Positions 49,967 through 58,262 of a stretch of DNA of 64,000 bases are shown piece after piece. The position numbers were made by a program, and so were the translations under genes. Each line of letters begins with the position of its first letter. Position 1 is the first letter of the stretch. A model generated the notes under the pieces. That model had not been told where the DNA came from. It made no database searches and saw only the letters and a list, made by a program, of their open reading frames with translations. This DNA is from a virus. Lineage: Duplodnaviria; Caudoviricetes. The stretch lies in IMG/VR virus record IMGVR_UViG_3300042291_001013; one strand, written 5' to 3'.

Positions 49967-51068
49967 TCAACATCTCCTTTAGTTCGTCCCACAAAACAGC
50001 TTCAAACCCGCCACCATAAAAGTGATTCCAGTTGTGCTCTATAACTTCTTGTGCGGCTTCAAACAAGTCTTGTTTGCCTTCTGGGGGCAACTCGTCCAAG
50101 CTACGCAACAAACTGGCAATGCGCTCAATCCGAACATCATCTTTAGCGTTATCATAGCTTTCGTCCCAGATGCCTTCAAACGTGCGGAATCCATAACTGC
50201 GCAAGTACGCAAGACTGCCTTGAGTGCCCACAATCACAAACGGCATGCCCAGGGCAATTGGCTTGAAAGTCTTTTCAGTGATGTGATGTCTACGTCCTGT
50301 GGCCACAGTTTCTGTCACAAGATACAATAGACTTTCAGCCGACTGATCAAACAAACTTAACCAGCATGAATGCATGGGATGATCTGTTTCGTCCTTGAAG
50401 TTCATGGGCAATGGTGCATTGGCAAACACAGTTTCAATATCAGGATATTTTGCAACCAAGGGCCGGACTGCATCCAGAATGCTGATGTTTTCTGCCGGAC
50501 AAGTTTCTGGACAACTAATATGATTGTCTAGCATGCCGTTACGGAATATGTGATACAACACTTCTAGTCTGTGCTGGCGTTCACCTGCAATGATACGATT
50601 GGGTGCAATGAACGTTTTGGTTATGATTCTTTTGTGCCATGGCTGGATCAAAAACGTTTTGTCGTAGCCACGATACCAATCCAATGCGGCCCAGCCATGA
50701 AAGAAATAGTACATTGGTTTCCACCGATATTGGGCACAAAGCGTGTCTACATTGTCACTGTCACGTTCGCTGGTCAGTAAGTATCCGCCCGGATCAGTTT
50801 GTGGGTTAGTTGGGCCATTTTTGTGAGTGATATCTTTGTTCCTACGTTGCACTTCATCAAAAGTGGGCATGTGTATGTTCAAATGAATAGGCTCTTGGTC
50901 AAAAAAGAATATATAATTGTGTTCGTGTACATCATCTCTACCATAATTAACAACACTGTCAGGGTCACTACGACCAAAAGGGTCACACACAAACGCTCTA
51001 ACTCCAGGACGATTATCTCGGATCCAAGGCCAAAAAGTGTTGTTGTAAATTTCATCTATTCTAAGCAT
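49926..51068 (-). CDS. TEK-family putative glycosyltransferase, paralog 5
   Basis: YLVTETVATGRRHHITEKTFKPIALGMPFVIVG...GFRTFEGIWDESYD; FIAPNR. Confidence 0.55.
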   Translation of the reverse strand: MLRIDEIYNNTFWPWIRDNRPGVRAFVCDPFGRSDPDSVVNYGRDDVHEHNYIFFFDQEPIHLNIHMPTFDEVQRRNKDITHKNGPTNPQTDPGGYLLTSERDSDNVDTLCAQYRWKPMYYFFHGWAALDWYRGYDKTFLIQPWHKRIITKTFIAPNRIIAGERQHRLEVLYHIFRNGMLDNHISCPETCPAENISILDAVRPLVAKYPDIETVFANAPLPMNFKDETDHPMHSCWLSLFDQSAESLLYLVTETVATGRRHHITEKTFKPIALGMPFVIVGTQGSLAYLRSYGFRTFEGIWDESYDNAKDDVRIERIASLLRSLDELPPEGKQDLFEAAQEVIEHNWNHFYGGGFEAVLWDELKEMLNGIDTDSGPNSQG

Positions 51069-53286
51069 GTTTGACGTTTTCTATTCAGGGAAGAAGCCTA
51101 ATTGTTTTGCGCATGAGCGTGAAGCAAAAAGCCTTGAGCATGCACAACAGTTGAGTCGCACTAGATACTTCTGGTGGATCTCATACTTATGTGATTATAG
51201 CACATTCAACTGGGATTTTCAACCACCACCTTGGCAAGCAGAGTACACACACGCATGGCCCAGTAACTTCTATGATTTTTCTGGCACGTATCTTGTGCCT
51301 CGGTCAGGTGCCATTGACTATCACTTCCATACCAAAACAATACCCAATCAAGACAGACCCATGGAGTTTACGGACCTGGTACAGTCCTGTGTGTTTGACA
51401 CAGCATGGTCGCCACACCCCATGGATCCGCCTTATATCTATGTGTTTGGTAATCAGTGGTATCCTGCAGAAAAAATGCCCACTGTGGAATATCATGTGCC
51501 GGGTGCAACACAACGCAAGTACATGAGTCAGCCCAAGGCTAAACTACTGGAACGGCATGACAATCACTGGCATACTCGAATAGACTGTGAGTGGGATTAC
51601 TCCTGGCGCCCTGATCCTGGTGACCCGCCCTTGATCTATGTGTTTGGCAATCAGTGGTGGCCAGCTGAAAAGATGCCTACTGTGGAGTACACCGTACCGG
51701 GTGCAACTGATCGCAAGTACATGAGCTGGCCACGTGCGCAGTTGTTGCCCGATCACACAAACTGGACCATCCCTGATAACATTGCCTGGACTGATGTAGA
51801 TACTTCATGGGCACCAGATCCTGGTGATCCACCTTACCGCTATCAATTTGCCACTCAGCATCAAAAAACAGGCGGGCCAGTGTACACAGTACCGGGTGCA
51901 ACAGAAACAAAATATCTAGCTGAACTAAAGATACGCACAGTGGGCAAAACCACAGCAGTTGTTGAAATAGATCACTTGGATGGTGCCGCAGGTGCTATTC
52001 CCAACACCGCCAAGCGAGTGCGGTACTTTGACAACTATCGCGACACCCTGGTACGTATTGCAAAGAGCTTGGCCAATGAACATGAATATATCTGGGTGTG
52101 CAGTAGCATTTGTGACTACACAGACTTTGACTTCTCCTGGCACCCTGAACAATGGCAAGCCACAATGCTTCATGTGTTTGCTAGCGACGGCGAGAAGTTT
52201 GGGGACACATTCTTCATGCACGTTCCCACCTTTGCTGAGTACGGAGACCGCAAAGCCTTGCTGGAATGGTATGATGTGAACTTTGTCACAACCAGCGTAC
52301 CACGTAGACCCATGCCAGTAATTGTGCATGATTACGATAGCCAAGCCGAAGCAGTTCAAACATTACCATTTGATGGTCCGCTAGCATTGTATACCACAAC
52401 AGATTTTGTGTCGGGCAACTTGGCCACAGTCCCGTTATGGCGAACAGAAACCAAAACTATTGTGCCACTCAGTGCAGGTGCAACATCAGTAATTGTGCCC
52501 AAAACAGCAGTAGGTGATATCCGTACACAGTTGTATGATTACCCTTTCATAGACCGAACACATCGTATATTAAAGGAACAGCCCTTGGACATTGTGTTTA
52601 TATCCAATGGTGAACCCAATGCCAAGTCTAATTATTTGCAGATGACAATGTATCTGGCCAACGAGTCAAGGTACACAAACCGCGTTCATGTGGTAGAAGG
52701 AGTAAATGGACGGGTGGCAGCATATCATGCTGCCGCTAGAGCCAGCACTACGCCTTGGTTCTTTGCTGTGTTTGCCAAGCTAGAAGTGACTCAAATGTTT
52801 GATTGGACCTGGCAACCTGATCGTATGCAACAAGCCAAGCACTATATCTTTCATGCTGGTAATCCTGTGAATGGATTAGTGTACGGTCACCAGGCCATGA
52901 TTGCGTACAATAAAAAACTGGCATTAGAGAACACAGGTGTTGGGTTAGATTTTACACTGGATCAAGCACACGAAGTTGTGCCTATTCTTAGTGGCACGGC
53001 CAACTATGCTGAAACACCTTGGATGGCTTGGCGTACAGCTTTCCGTGAAGCACTCAAACTACGTGCAAGTTTGCCCGACGTGGAAAATGAATATAGACTA
53101 AAGGTCTGGTTAAAAGAAGATTCTGGCACCATTGCCCATGGACACTGGAGTCATAAAGGTGCACAGGATGCGGTGGAGTTTTATGAAGAAGTCAACGGTG
53201 ATCCCACTGAACTCCGCAAGAGCTACGAGTGGGCGTGGCTAGCAAGCTATGCGTTCTTCAAACGCAGTCTAGCACCTGATCAATGA
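51067..53286 (+). CDS. Repeat-containing multi-module GT-A-like protein (739 aa)
   Basis: C-terminal DIVFISNGEPNA...VEGVNGRVAAYHAAARASTTPWFFAV...WRTAFRE is paralogous to 31530-32453; three internal W/P-rich repeats. Confidence 0.6.
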   Translation: MFDVFYSGKKPNCFAHEREAKSLEHAQQLSRTRYFWWISYLCDYSTFNWDFQPPPWQAEYTHAWPSNFYDFSGTYLVPRSGAIDYHFHTKTIPNQDRPMEFTDLVQSCVFDTAWSPHPMDPPYIYVFGNQWYPAEKMPTVEYHVPGATQRKYMSQPKAKLLERHDNHWHTRIDCEWDYSWRPDPGDPPLIYVFGNQWWPAEKMPTVEYTVPGATDRKYMSWPRAQLLPDHTNWTIPDNIAWTDVDTSWAPDPGDPPYRYQFATQHQKTGGPVYTVPGATETKYLAELKIRTVGKTTAVVEIDHLDGAAGAIPNTAKRVRYFDNYRDTLVRIAKSLANEHEYIWVCSSICDYTDFDFSWHPEQWQATMLHVFASDGEKFGDTFFMHVPTFAEYGDRKALLEWYDVNFVTTSVPRRPMPVIVHDYDSQAEAVQTLPFDGPLALYTTTDFVSGNLATVPLWRTETKTIVPLSAGATSVIVPKTAVGDIRTQLYDYPFIDRTHRILKEQPLDIVFISNGEPNAKSNYLQMTMYLANESRYTNRVHVVEGVNGRVAAYHAAARASTTPWFFAVFAKLEVTQMFDWTWQPDRMQQAKHYIFHAGNPVNGLVYGHQAMIAYNKKLALENTGVGLDFTLDQAHEVVPILSGTANYAETPWMAWRTAFREALKLRASLPDVENEYRLKVWLKEDSGTIAHGHWSHKGAQDAVEFYEEVNGDPTELRKSYEWAWLASYAFFKRSLAPDQ
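51406..51915 (+). repeat. Three tandem ~66-68-codon repeats inside the 739-aa gene
   Basis: WSPHPMDPPYIYVFGNQWYPAEKMPTVEYHVPGATQRKYM / WRPDPGDPPLIYVFGNQWWPAEKMPTVEYTVPGATDRKYM / WAPDPGDPPYRYQFATQHQKTGGPVYTVPGATETKYL; periods about 198 and 204 nt. Confidence 0.85.
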
Positions 53287-54334
53287 TGTATTCTACTTCT
53301 AGGTCAGTAAGCTCAGGATATATGGGCAAGCTCAAACAGCGACGGCTTAGAGCATAACTGGCCGCCAACATGTCTGGACCTTGATAATGCTGGAATGCCG
53401 GTAGTTCTTGCACGGGCTCTGCATAGTGTATTTTGGTTTCAATCTTGCGCAAGTTAAGATTTTGTTGCAGAATATCCCGGTTGTTGACTTCAATCACAAA
53501 CTTGTGATAGCAATGCTTATCAACATTGTTGTCATCAATTAACGTTCTAATTGCAGTGTTTTTCAAACGTTCAATCCAGTGACGAGCAACGGTTCCACGA
53601 CGATGTTGCCAAGCATCTAGGTGTCGTGTTTTGACTATCATTTGCGCACAGTCAACTTCGCTCATGCGACTATTTGTACCAATATCAGAATGCCGTGTAT
53701 GTTTGCCGTTGGCCACAAAGTCACGTGCAAATTCGTTGAGTTCAAATCGATCAGTCACCACTGCACCGCCATTGCCGTAGTTGGCAAAATTCTTTGTGGG
53801 ATCAAAACTGATTGCGGCAGCCACACTGTGTCGACGACATCGATCTGCTAGCCAGTGTTGTGCGGCATCTTCGATTACTATATCACCATGATTTTTCCAC
53901 TGTCGATCCACACTGTGTCCATACAAACCTACCAAACATACTGCTTGGTAACTTACGTCTTTTGACAGTTTTTTGTAGTCCATCTGACCATTATGGTCAG
54001 TGTCCAAGATGTGAATATTCCAGCCAGCTCGAATCCAAGCATTGGCAGTGGCCGGATAGGTCAGCGCAGGTATGATCACAGTGGGTGGTGTGATGCCAAT
54101 TTTACTTCTAAAATATTCGGCAATGATTTCCAAGGCCTGTGTGCCAGAGTGACACAGTGTAGCATGCTTTACACCGTTCTTACGAGACAACCAATGAGCA
54201 AACTCTGCGGTGTAGTTGCCATCCATAAGCCGGCCGCTACGCAAAACCTCATCAGTTACTTCTAAGATTTCACTTCTTAGATTGTTGTACTGTTTTTTTA
54301 GACCAGTAAATGGAATTGTAAGACCGGTAGTCAT
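53258..54334 (-). CDS. DegT/DnrJ/EryC1/StrS-family PLP-dependent sugar aminotransferase
   Basis: HSGTQAL, IEDAAQ, ISFDPTKNFANYGNGGAVVT (PLP Lys), NSRMSE, LSLPIYPEL. Confidence 0.93.
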   Translation of the reverse strand: MTTGLTIPFTGLKKQYNNLRSEILEVTDEVLRSGRLMDGNYTAEFAHWLSRKNGVKHATLCHSGTQALEIIAEYFRSKIGITPPTVIIPALTYPATANAWIRAGWNIHILDTDHNGQMDYKKLSKDVSYQAVCLVGLYGHSVDRQWKNHGDIVIEDAAQHWLADRCRRHSVAAAISFDPTKNFANYGNGGAVVTDRFELNEFARDFVANGKHTRHSDIGTNSRMSEVDCAQMIVKTRHLDAWQHRRGTVARHWIERLKNTAIRTLIDDNNVDKHCYHKFVIEVNNRDILQQNLNLRKIETKIHYAEPVQELPAFQHYQGPDMLAASYALSRRCLSLPIYPELTDLEVEYIIDQVLDCV

Positions 54335-54510
54335 CCATTCTTTGCCCAGGCAACATACCCACCATTGGTATCACTCCATGGACAGTATTGTTCCCACAGT
54401 GCTTTACATGTGTCGGGATTGTCTTTCATGAGTTTATCCAGTGTGGGTCTAGTTAGATATCCAGCATGACTCCAGTCATGATTTTTTATTGCAGTTTCTA
54501 AATCAGTCAT
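54331..54510 (-). CDS. Small 59-aa protein not in the ORF track
   Basis: Hand translation: MTDLETAIKNHDWSHAGYLTRPTLDKLMKDNPDTCKALWEQYCPWSDTNGGYVAWAKNG*; ATGA overlap with the DegT start. Confidence 0.65.
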   Translation of the reverse strand: MTDLETAIKNHDWSHAGYLTRPTLDKLMKDNPDTCKALWEQYCPWSDTNGGYVAWAKNG

Positions 54511-54522
54511 TTTGTTTATCTT

Positions 54523-55491
54523 TTAAAGAGTTTTTTTCCAATAAGATGACTCACTTAACCACTTGAAGTAATTCTGAAATCCCTCTTCTACATCTACTTT
54601 AGGGTCATACCCTAAGATAGTTCTTGCACGATCAATATTTAATGCACCACGGCTGGGAAAGTCTGCATCTTTGTCTCGAACTTCAATGGTGCCGTTGCCC
54701 ACAATTTTAACAATCATTTCGGCAGCTTCTAATAGGCTTACTGAATGACTCTTGGTAATGTTGTAAGTGCTGTTCCTAGACATGATACGAGTTGCGGCAG
54801 CTACAATCCCATCCGCGGCATCGTCCACATAGGTAAAGTCTAAGGTTTCGCCTGCGCCGTTTACCTTGAGAGTTTCTCCGCGCATAGCGGCGAGCATAAA
54901 TTTTGCAACAACTCGGTCCTCAACGTCAAGCGGTCCATAAACAGCACTGGGACGTAAAATAGCATAATCAAAAGCGCCACGACGATGATAATCTTTAACA
55001 ATATCTTCTCCACATAATTTCATAATACCGTACTGCCCAATGGGATGACAGTCATCATCTTCTAGTACTTGATCTTCAAAGTCACCGTACACCATTGAGC
55101 TTGAAATGTAAACCACACGCTCTACTCGGTGTTTTTTGGCACTCTCGCAAACATTGATCAAGCCTTCCATCATGACTCTAGCACCGTTAGCAGGGTTTGC
55201 ATTAACAACCTTTTGTCTAGGAAAGCTAGCCATGTGAATGATAACTTCGGGCAGTGTTTTCTCCACAGCCTTGTCCATGGCTTCTGCGTCTGCAATGTTT
55301 TCCATGAACACCAAGGTGTCTGGAGCCAGCTTCTTTTGACGCTCAGTCATCAAGTAGTGCAATTCCTCTTCGGGAATGATACCGTAGTTGGTGCAGTTGT
55401 CAACAATGCTGACATCGTGTCTCATGCCTTGCAATTTATTTACTACATTGTGTCCAATGAGGCCCATGCCTCCAGTTACTAAAATTTTCAT
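54523..55491 (-). CDS. NAD-dependent NDP-sugar epimerase/dehydratase (extended SDR)
   Basis: KILVTGGMGLIG (GxxGxxG), YISSSMVYG, YGIMK (YxxxK), LRPSAVYGP, DFTYVDD. Confidence 0.93.
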   Translation of the reverse strand: MKILVTGGMGLIGHNVVNKLQGMRHDVSIVDNCTNYGIIPEEELHYLMTERQKKLAPDTLVFMENIADAEAMDKAVEKTLPEVIIHMASFPRQKVVNANPANGARVMMEGLINVCESAKKHRVERVVYISSSMVYGDFEDQVLEDDDCHPIGQYGIMKLCGEDIVKDYHRRGAFDYAILRPSAVYGPLDVEDRVVAKFMLAAMRGETLKVNGAGETLDFTYVDDAADGIVAAATRIMSRNSTYNITKSHSVSLLEAAEMIVKIVGNGTIEVRDKDADFPSRGALNIDRARTILGYDPKVDVEEGFQNYFKWLSESSYWKKTL

Positions 55492-56201
55492 ATGTATTGC
55501 TTTTCTTTCAAAAATGGTAGAATAACTTGATCTGTAAATAATTTGTGTTGCTCAGAACTGGGATGACGATCTCCGTTGATAGGAAACTCTAGTCCCGAAC
55601 TATCACGGCACCATTCGTACTCTCCATCCACTGGCAGAAATTGATCAAAATCAATCTGCTCATACAAATATTTTATGTCAGGGTATATACGCTGTTGGAA
55701 CACGTTGTTAGTATACGTAGTCATGAAGTATTTGATATTATGGAGTTTTAAAAACCATTGAGTTCTAAGTATATGCTCGTTGCTGTATATATATTGTCCT
55801 ATCATGTCATGATAATGCTGGTAATAATTTTGTGACAACTCAGTTTGCCAATTGTGACTCATTATAGTCCAACTACCATTGCTTTCGGGAACAAATTTAG
55901 TAGGATTTTCCATGTAGCCGTCTTCTTTAACCAACGGCGGAGTTTTTTGAAAGTATACGTCGTGCCTATCTGGCCCTGACCACATAATACCAACTAAAAG
56001 GTCGTTAGAATTGTATTCTTTAAGTGACTGAATAACCTGATAAATTACACGTCTACTGATCAAACCGTTGCCTTGACTGCCCATTCCGGTACTCTCATGA
56101 GTATATTCAGTCAATGATCTTGCAAGATGTTTTGGCCACGTGTCAATCCAGGGAGATAAACATTCGCTAAAACTACACCCACCGGTGATCAGTTGCTTCA
56201 T
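55488..56201 (-). CDS. SGNH-fold protein, paralog of 34456-35166
   Basis: LITGGCSFS, TGMGSQGN, GDRHPSSEQH. Confidence 0.6.
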   Translation of the reverse strand: MKQLITGGCSFSECLSPWIDTWPKHLARSLTEYTHESTGMGSQGNGLISRRVIYQVIQSLKEYNSNDLLVGIMWSGPDRHDVYFQKTPPLVKEDGYMENPTKFVPESNGSWTIMSHNWQTELSQNYYQHYHDMIGQYIYSNEHILRTQWFLKLHNIKYFMTTYTNNVFQQRIYPDIKYLYEQIDFDQFLPVDGEYEWCRDSSGLEFPINGDRHPSSEQHKLFTDQVILPFLKEKQYI

Positions 56202-56530
56202 TTAATGTTTCCCCATTTAAGTGTCCAAAAAGTTTCGTTTTGTTCGCTGAGTCTTGCTATGATACGATACAGATGTCCGTATGTGGTGGGGTCTGCATGT
56301 CTAGTCCAATAAGGCGGGTCTTCAGCATGTTCCATTACAAACTTGCCAGAGTCACTATTTTGCCAGTCCCAAATTGGACTTGCCACACACAAGTCTGGGT
56401 CCTCCACATCGCCCATGCGAATTTCATGCACACATACATCACGAAACCGCACTGGCTTCTCGTCAATGATCTTTGTCATTTCAGGTTGCCAGTGCCGGTA
56501 TTCAGCTAGTTCGTTGTGCGTTATTGCCAT
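56198..56530 (-). CDS. Hypothetical protein (110 aa)
   Basis: Preceded by an extended -10; ATGA overlap downstream. Confidence 0.7.
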   Translation of the reverse strand: MAITHNELAEYRHWQPEMTKIIDEKPVRFRDVCVHEIRMGDVEDPDLCVASPIWDWQNSDSGKFVMEHAEDPPYWTRHADPTTYGHLYRIIARLSEQNETFWTLKWGNIK

Positions 56531-56535
56531 AACAC

Positions 56536-56544
56536 ATTATAGCA
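56536..56544 (-). promoter_or_regulatory. Extended -10 promoter TGCTATAAT for the minus-strand sugar operon
   Basis: TGCTATAAT on the minus strand ends 5 nt before the ATG at 56530; weak -35 TCGACT at 17-nt spacing inside thyX. Confidence 0.65.
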
Positions 56545-56546
56545 GA

Positions 56547-57233
56547 TTAAGCTACTAGAGTCGAGGTCATTGGAAAAATTGCTGTAATGGCCTGAGCACA
56601 AGCACGAGCAATATCCATGTGTTCCTTTTGGGTGCCATTGCTGGCACGAAGTTCAATGTAGTGAATCCAGCTACGCAGGGTACCGTTCATGTACATGCGG
56701 CTTACAGTAAGTCCTTCAGGTAACACAGCACGAGCTTGTTCTTTGGCAATACCATTGTCAATAGCCCACTTGTACTCTTTCTTCACAGCATACAACACAC
56801 GCTTCTGAGCACGTTCCCATTCATAAGCAAGAAGCTTTTGTGCCTCATCTGTCATGTCCAAGTCTACGCTATTCTGTCTATTCTGGGTGTCTTGGAATCG
56901 TGCCTCACGTAGCACAAACGCCTCATCGAGTTCAGCTGTAGGATCAGCATATCGCTGGGAGAACTCTTGAAAGCTGAAACTTCTGTGACGTAGAATCTGT
57001 CGGGCAATATCACGGGTGGTTGTGATTTCGAGACAGGCTGAGACCATTTCGAGTGGGCTCCAGTGCTGGTGCTTGATAAGGTATCTGATAAGTTTTTCGC
57101 TTGTGTCTGTGTTGAATTGATTGGCAGGGTTGGACACACGGGCGCAATAGGCAATGAGTTCCTGAGCGTCATCAACACCCTGGGATCTAAATGACTCAGT
57201 TGGTTGACTGTGGGATAAAAGGGTAACATTCAT
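56547..57233 (-). CDS. thyX: Flavin-dependent thymidylate synthase
   Basis: HQHWSPLEM, ARQILRHRSFSFQEFSQRY (RHRx7SxR signature), EQARAVLP, NGTLRSWIHY. Confidence 0.97.
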   Translation of the reverse strand: MNVTLLSHSQPTESFRSQGVDDAQELIAYCARVSNPANQFNTDTSEKLIRYLIKHQHWSPLEMVSACLEITTTRDIARQILRHRSFSFQEFSQRYADPTAELDEAFVLREARFQDTQNRQNSVDLDMTDEAQKLLAYEWERAQKRVLYAVKKEYKWAIDNGIAKEQARAVLPEGLTVSRMYMNGTLRSWIHYIELRASNGTQKEHMDIARACAQAITAIFPMTSTLVA

Positions 57234-57535
57234 TTAAGATTGCTTAAAAGTTTATCAGTTTCGGGTTGAACAATCTCAGCAACAGCCGCCGCATCAACAA
57301 TAAAGTCAATGTCACGAACCTCGTCGCCAAACTCGGTCAGAGTACGGGTCAAGACAATTTCTAATTCCACAATGTCAAGTCCCTGTCGTTTTAATGTGTT
57401 CAGATTGATGGTTTTTTGACGTTTACCATGCAATCTAATCACCACTTTTTTAATGCATTCAAGCGGGACTTCGGTCTTGTTTACTTCATCAATGATGTGT
57501 TCCCACTTGGCAAGGAACTCATCACTGAACTGCAT
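57230..57535 (-). CDS. Hypothetical protein (101 aa)
   Basis: ORF coupled to both neighbours. Confidence 0.7.
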   Translation of the reverse strand: MQFSDEFLAKWEHIIDEVNKTEVPLECIKKVVIRLHGKRQKTINLNTLKRQGLDIVELEIVLTRTLTEFGDEVRDIDFIVDAAAVAEIVQPETDKLLSNLK

Positions 57536-58262
57536 TGGCAGGCACCGCCACTTTCTTGGGACGACCGCGCTTGGGAGCCTCGGTAGTGGGTTGTGCCTGT
57601 TTTGGAGTCACAAAGCCATCTAGTTTTACACTGGGATGAAGACCTTGTGCTTGCTTTTTCATTCTGGCTGCTTCGGCAATCATGCCTTTGGCTTCAATTT
57701 CCATGCGTTTGGCCTGAGCCAACATGTTAACAGCCAAGGACTTGTCATCCAAGGCGCCGTCAACTGATTGCAATGGTGGAACATAAGGGGTTCTTGTGTC
57801 TTGTGCCTTGCGCTCTTGTTCGCGTTTGTATTCTGCTTCGGCCTTGCGTTTTTGTGCAGGATCAACAAACCCAGTTGAGTTATCAATTTCTTGCAATCGC
57901 TTGACAGCATCAGCACCTTGCTCCATCTCTTTAACAATCCTGTTGAGCTCATCCAGTTTGACCGAGCTAGAAGGAGTGGGAGTAACAATCACTTGGTTGG
58001 TAGGAATTTTCTTGATCATGCCTTCTCGGTGCAGAGCTTCCAACTGAGGACGACCATCGGGCAACAGTCTACGATGCAACGCATCGGCCAATTGTGTAGC
58101 AGCCTGACCTTCAGTGCTTTCTACTGACTGCATGATTGAATCATGAATGTGTGTGGGCATGACTTCTGGGTACACCACAAGGCACATATGGTCCTCGTTA
58201 GGAACTTCTCTCCATAAAATAGCAACCTTGCGGTCACCGTGTCGTCCAATATGTTTAAGCAT
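57522..58262 (-). CDS. Hypothetical protein (246 aa) with coiled-coil and basic C-terminal tail
   Basis: AAGGAG SD; helical C-terminal half ending PKRGRPKK. Confidence 0.75.
   Translation of the reverse strand: MLKHIGRHGDRKVAILWREVPNEDHMCLVVYPEVMPTHIHDSIMQSVESTEGQAATQLADALHRRLLPDGRPQLEALHREGMIKKIPTNQVIVTPTPSSSVKLDELNRIVKEMEQGADAVKRLQEIDNSTGFVDPAQKRKAEAEYKREQERKAQDTRTPYVPPLQSVDGALDDKSLAVNMLAQAKRMEIEAKGMIAEAARMKKQAQGLHPSVKLDGFVTPKQAQPTTEAPKRGRPKKVAVPANAVQ

Noticed and set aside
51406-51915. CRISPR array or DGR template/variable repeat
   Set aside because: The repeats are in-frame protein repeats with synonymous divergence. There are no constant repeat-spacer units, no adenine-specific mismatch pattern was evident, and there is no reverse transcriptase in the window.
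29344-56530. Host chromosomal O-antigen/capsule locus flanking a prophage
   Set aside because: No wzx/wzy/wzm/wzt, initiating phosphoglycosyltransferase, integrase or att-like junction. Promoter style and overlap coupling are continuous with the phage genes on both sides.
56547-57233. thyX as evidence for a modified-base pathway
   Set aside because: It is an ordinary ThyX with a canonical motif, common in large phages, and is separated from the sugar operon by its own promoter; not evidence on its own.
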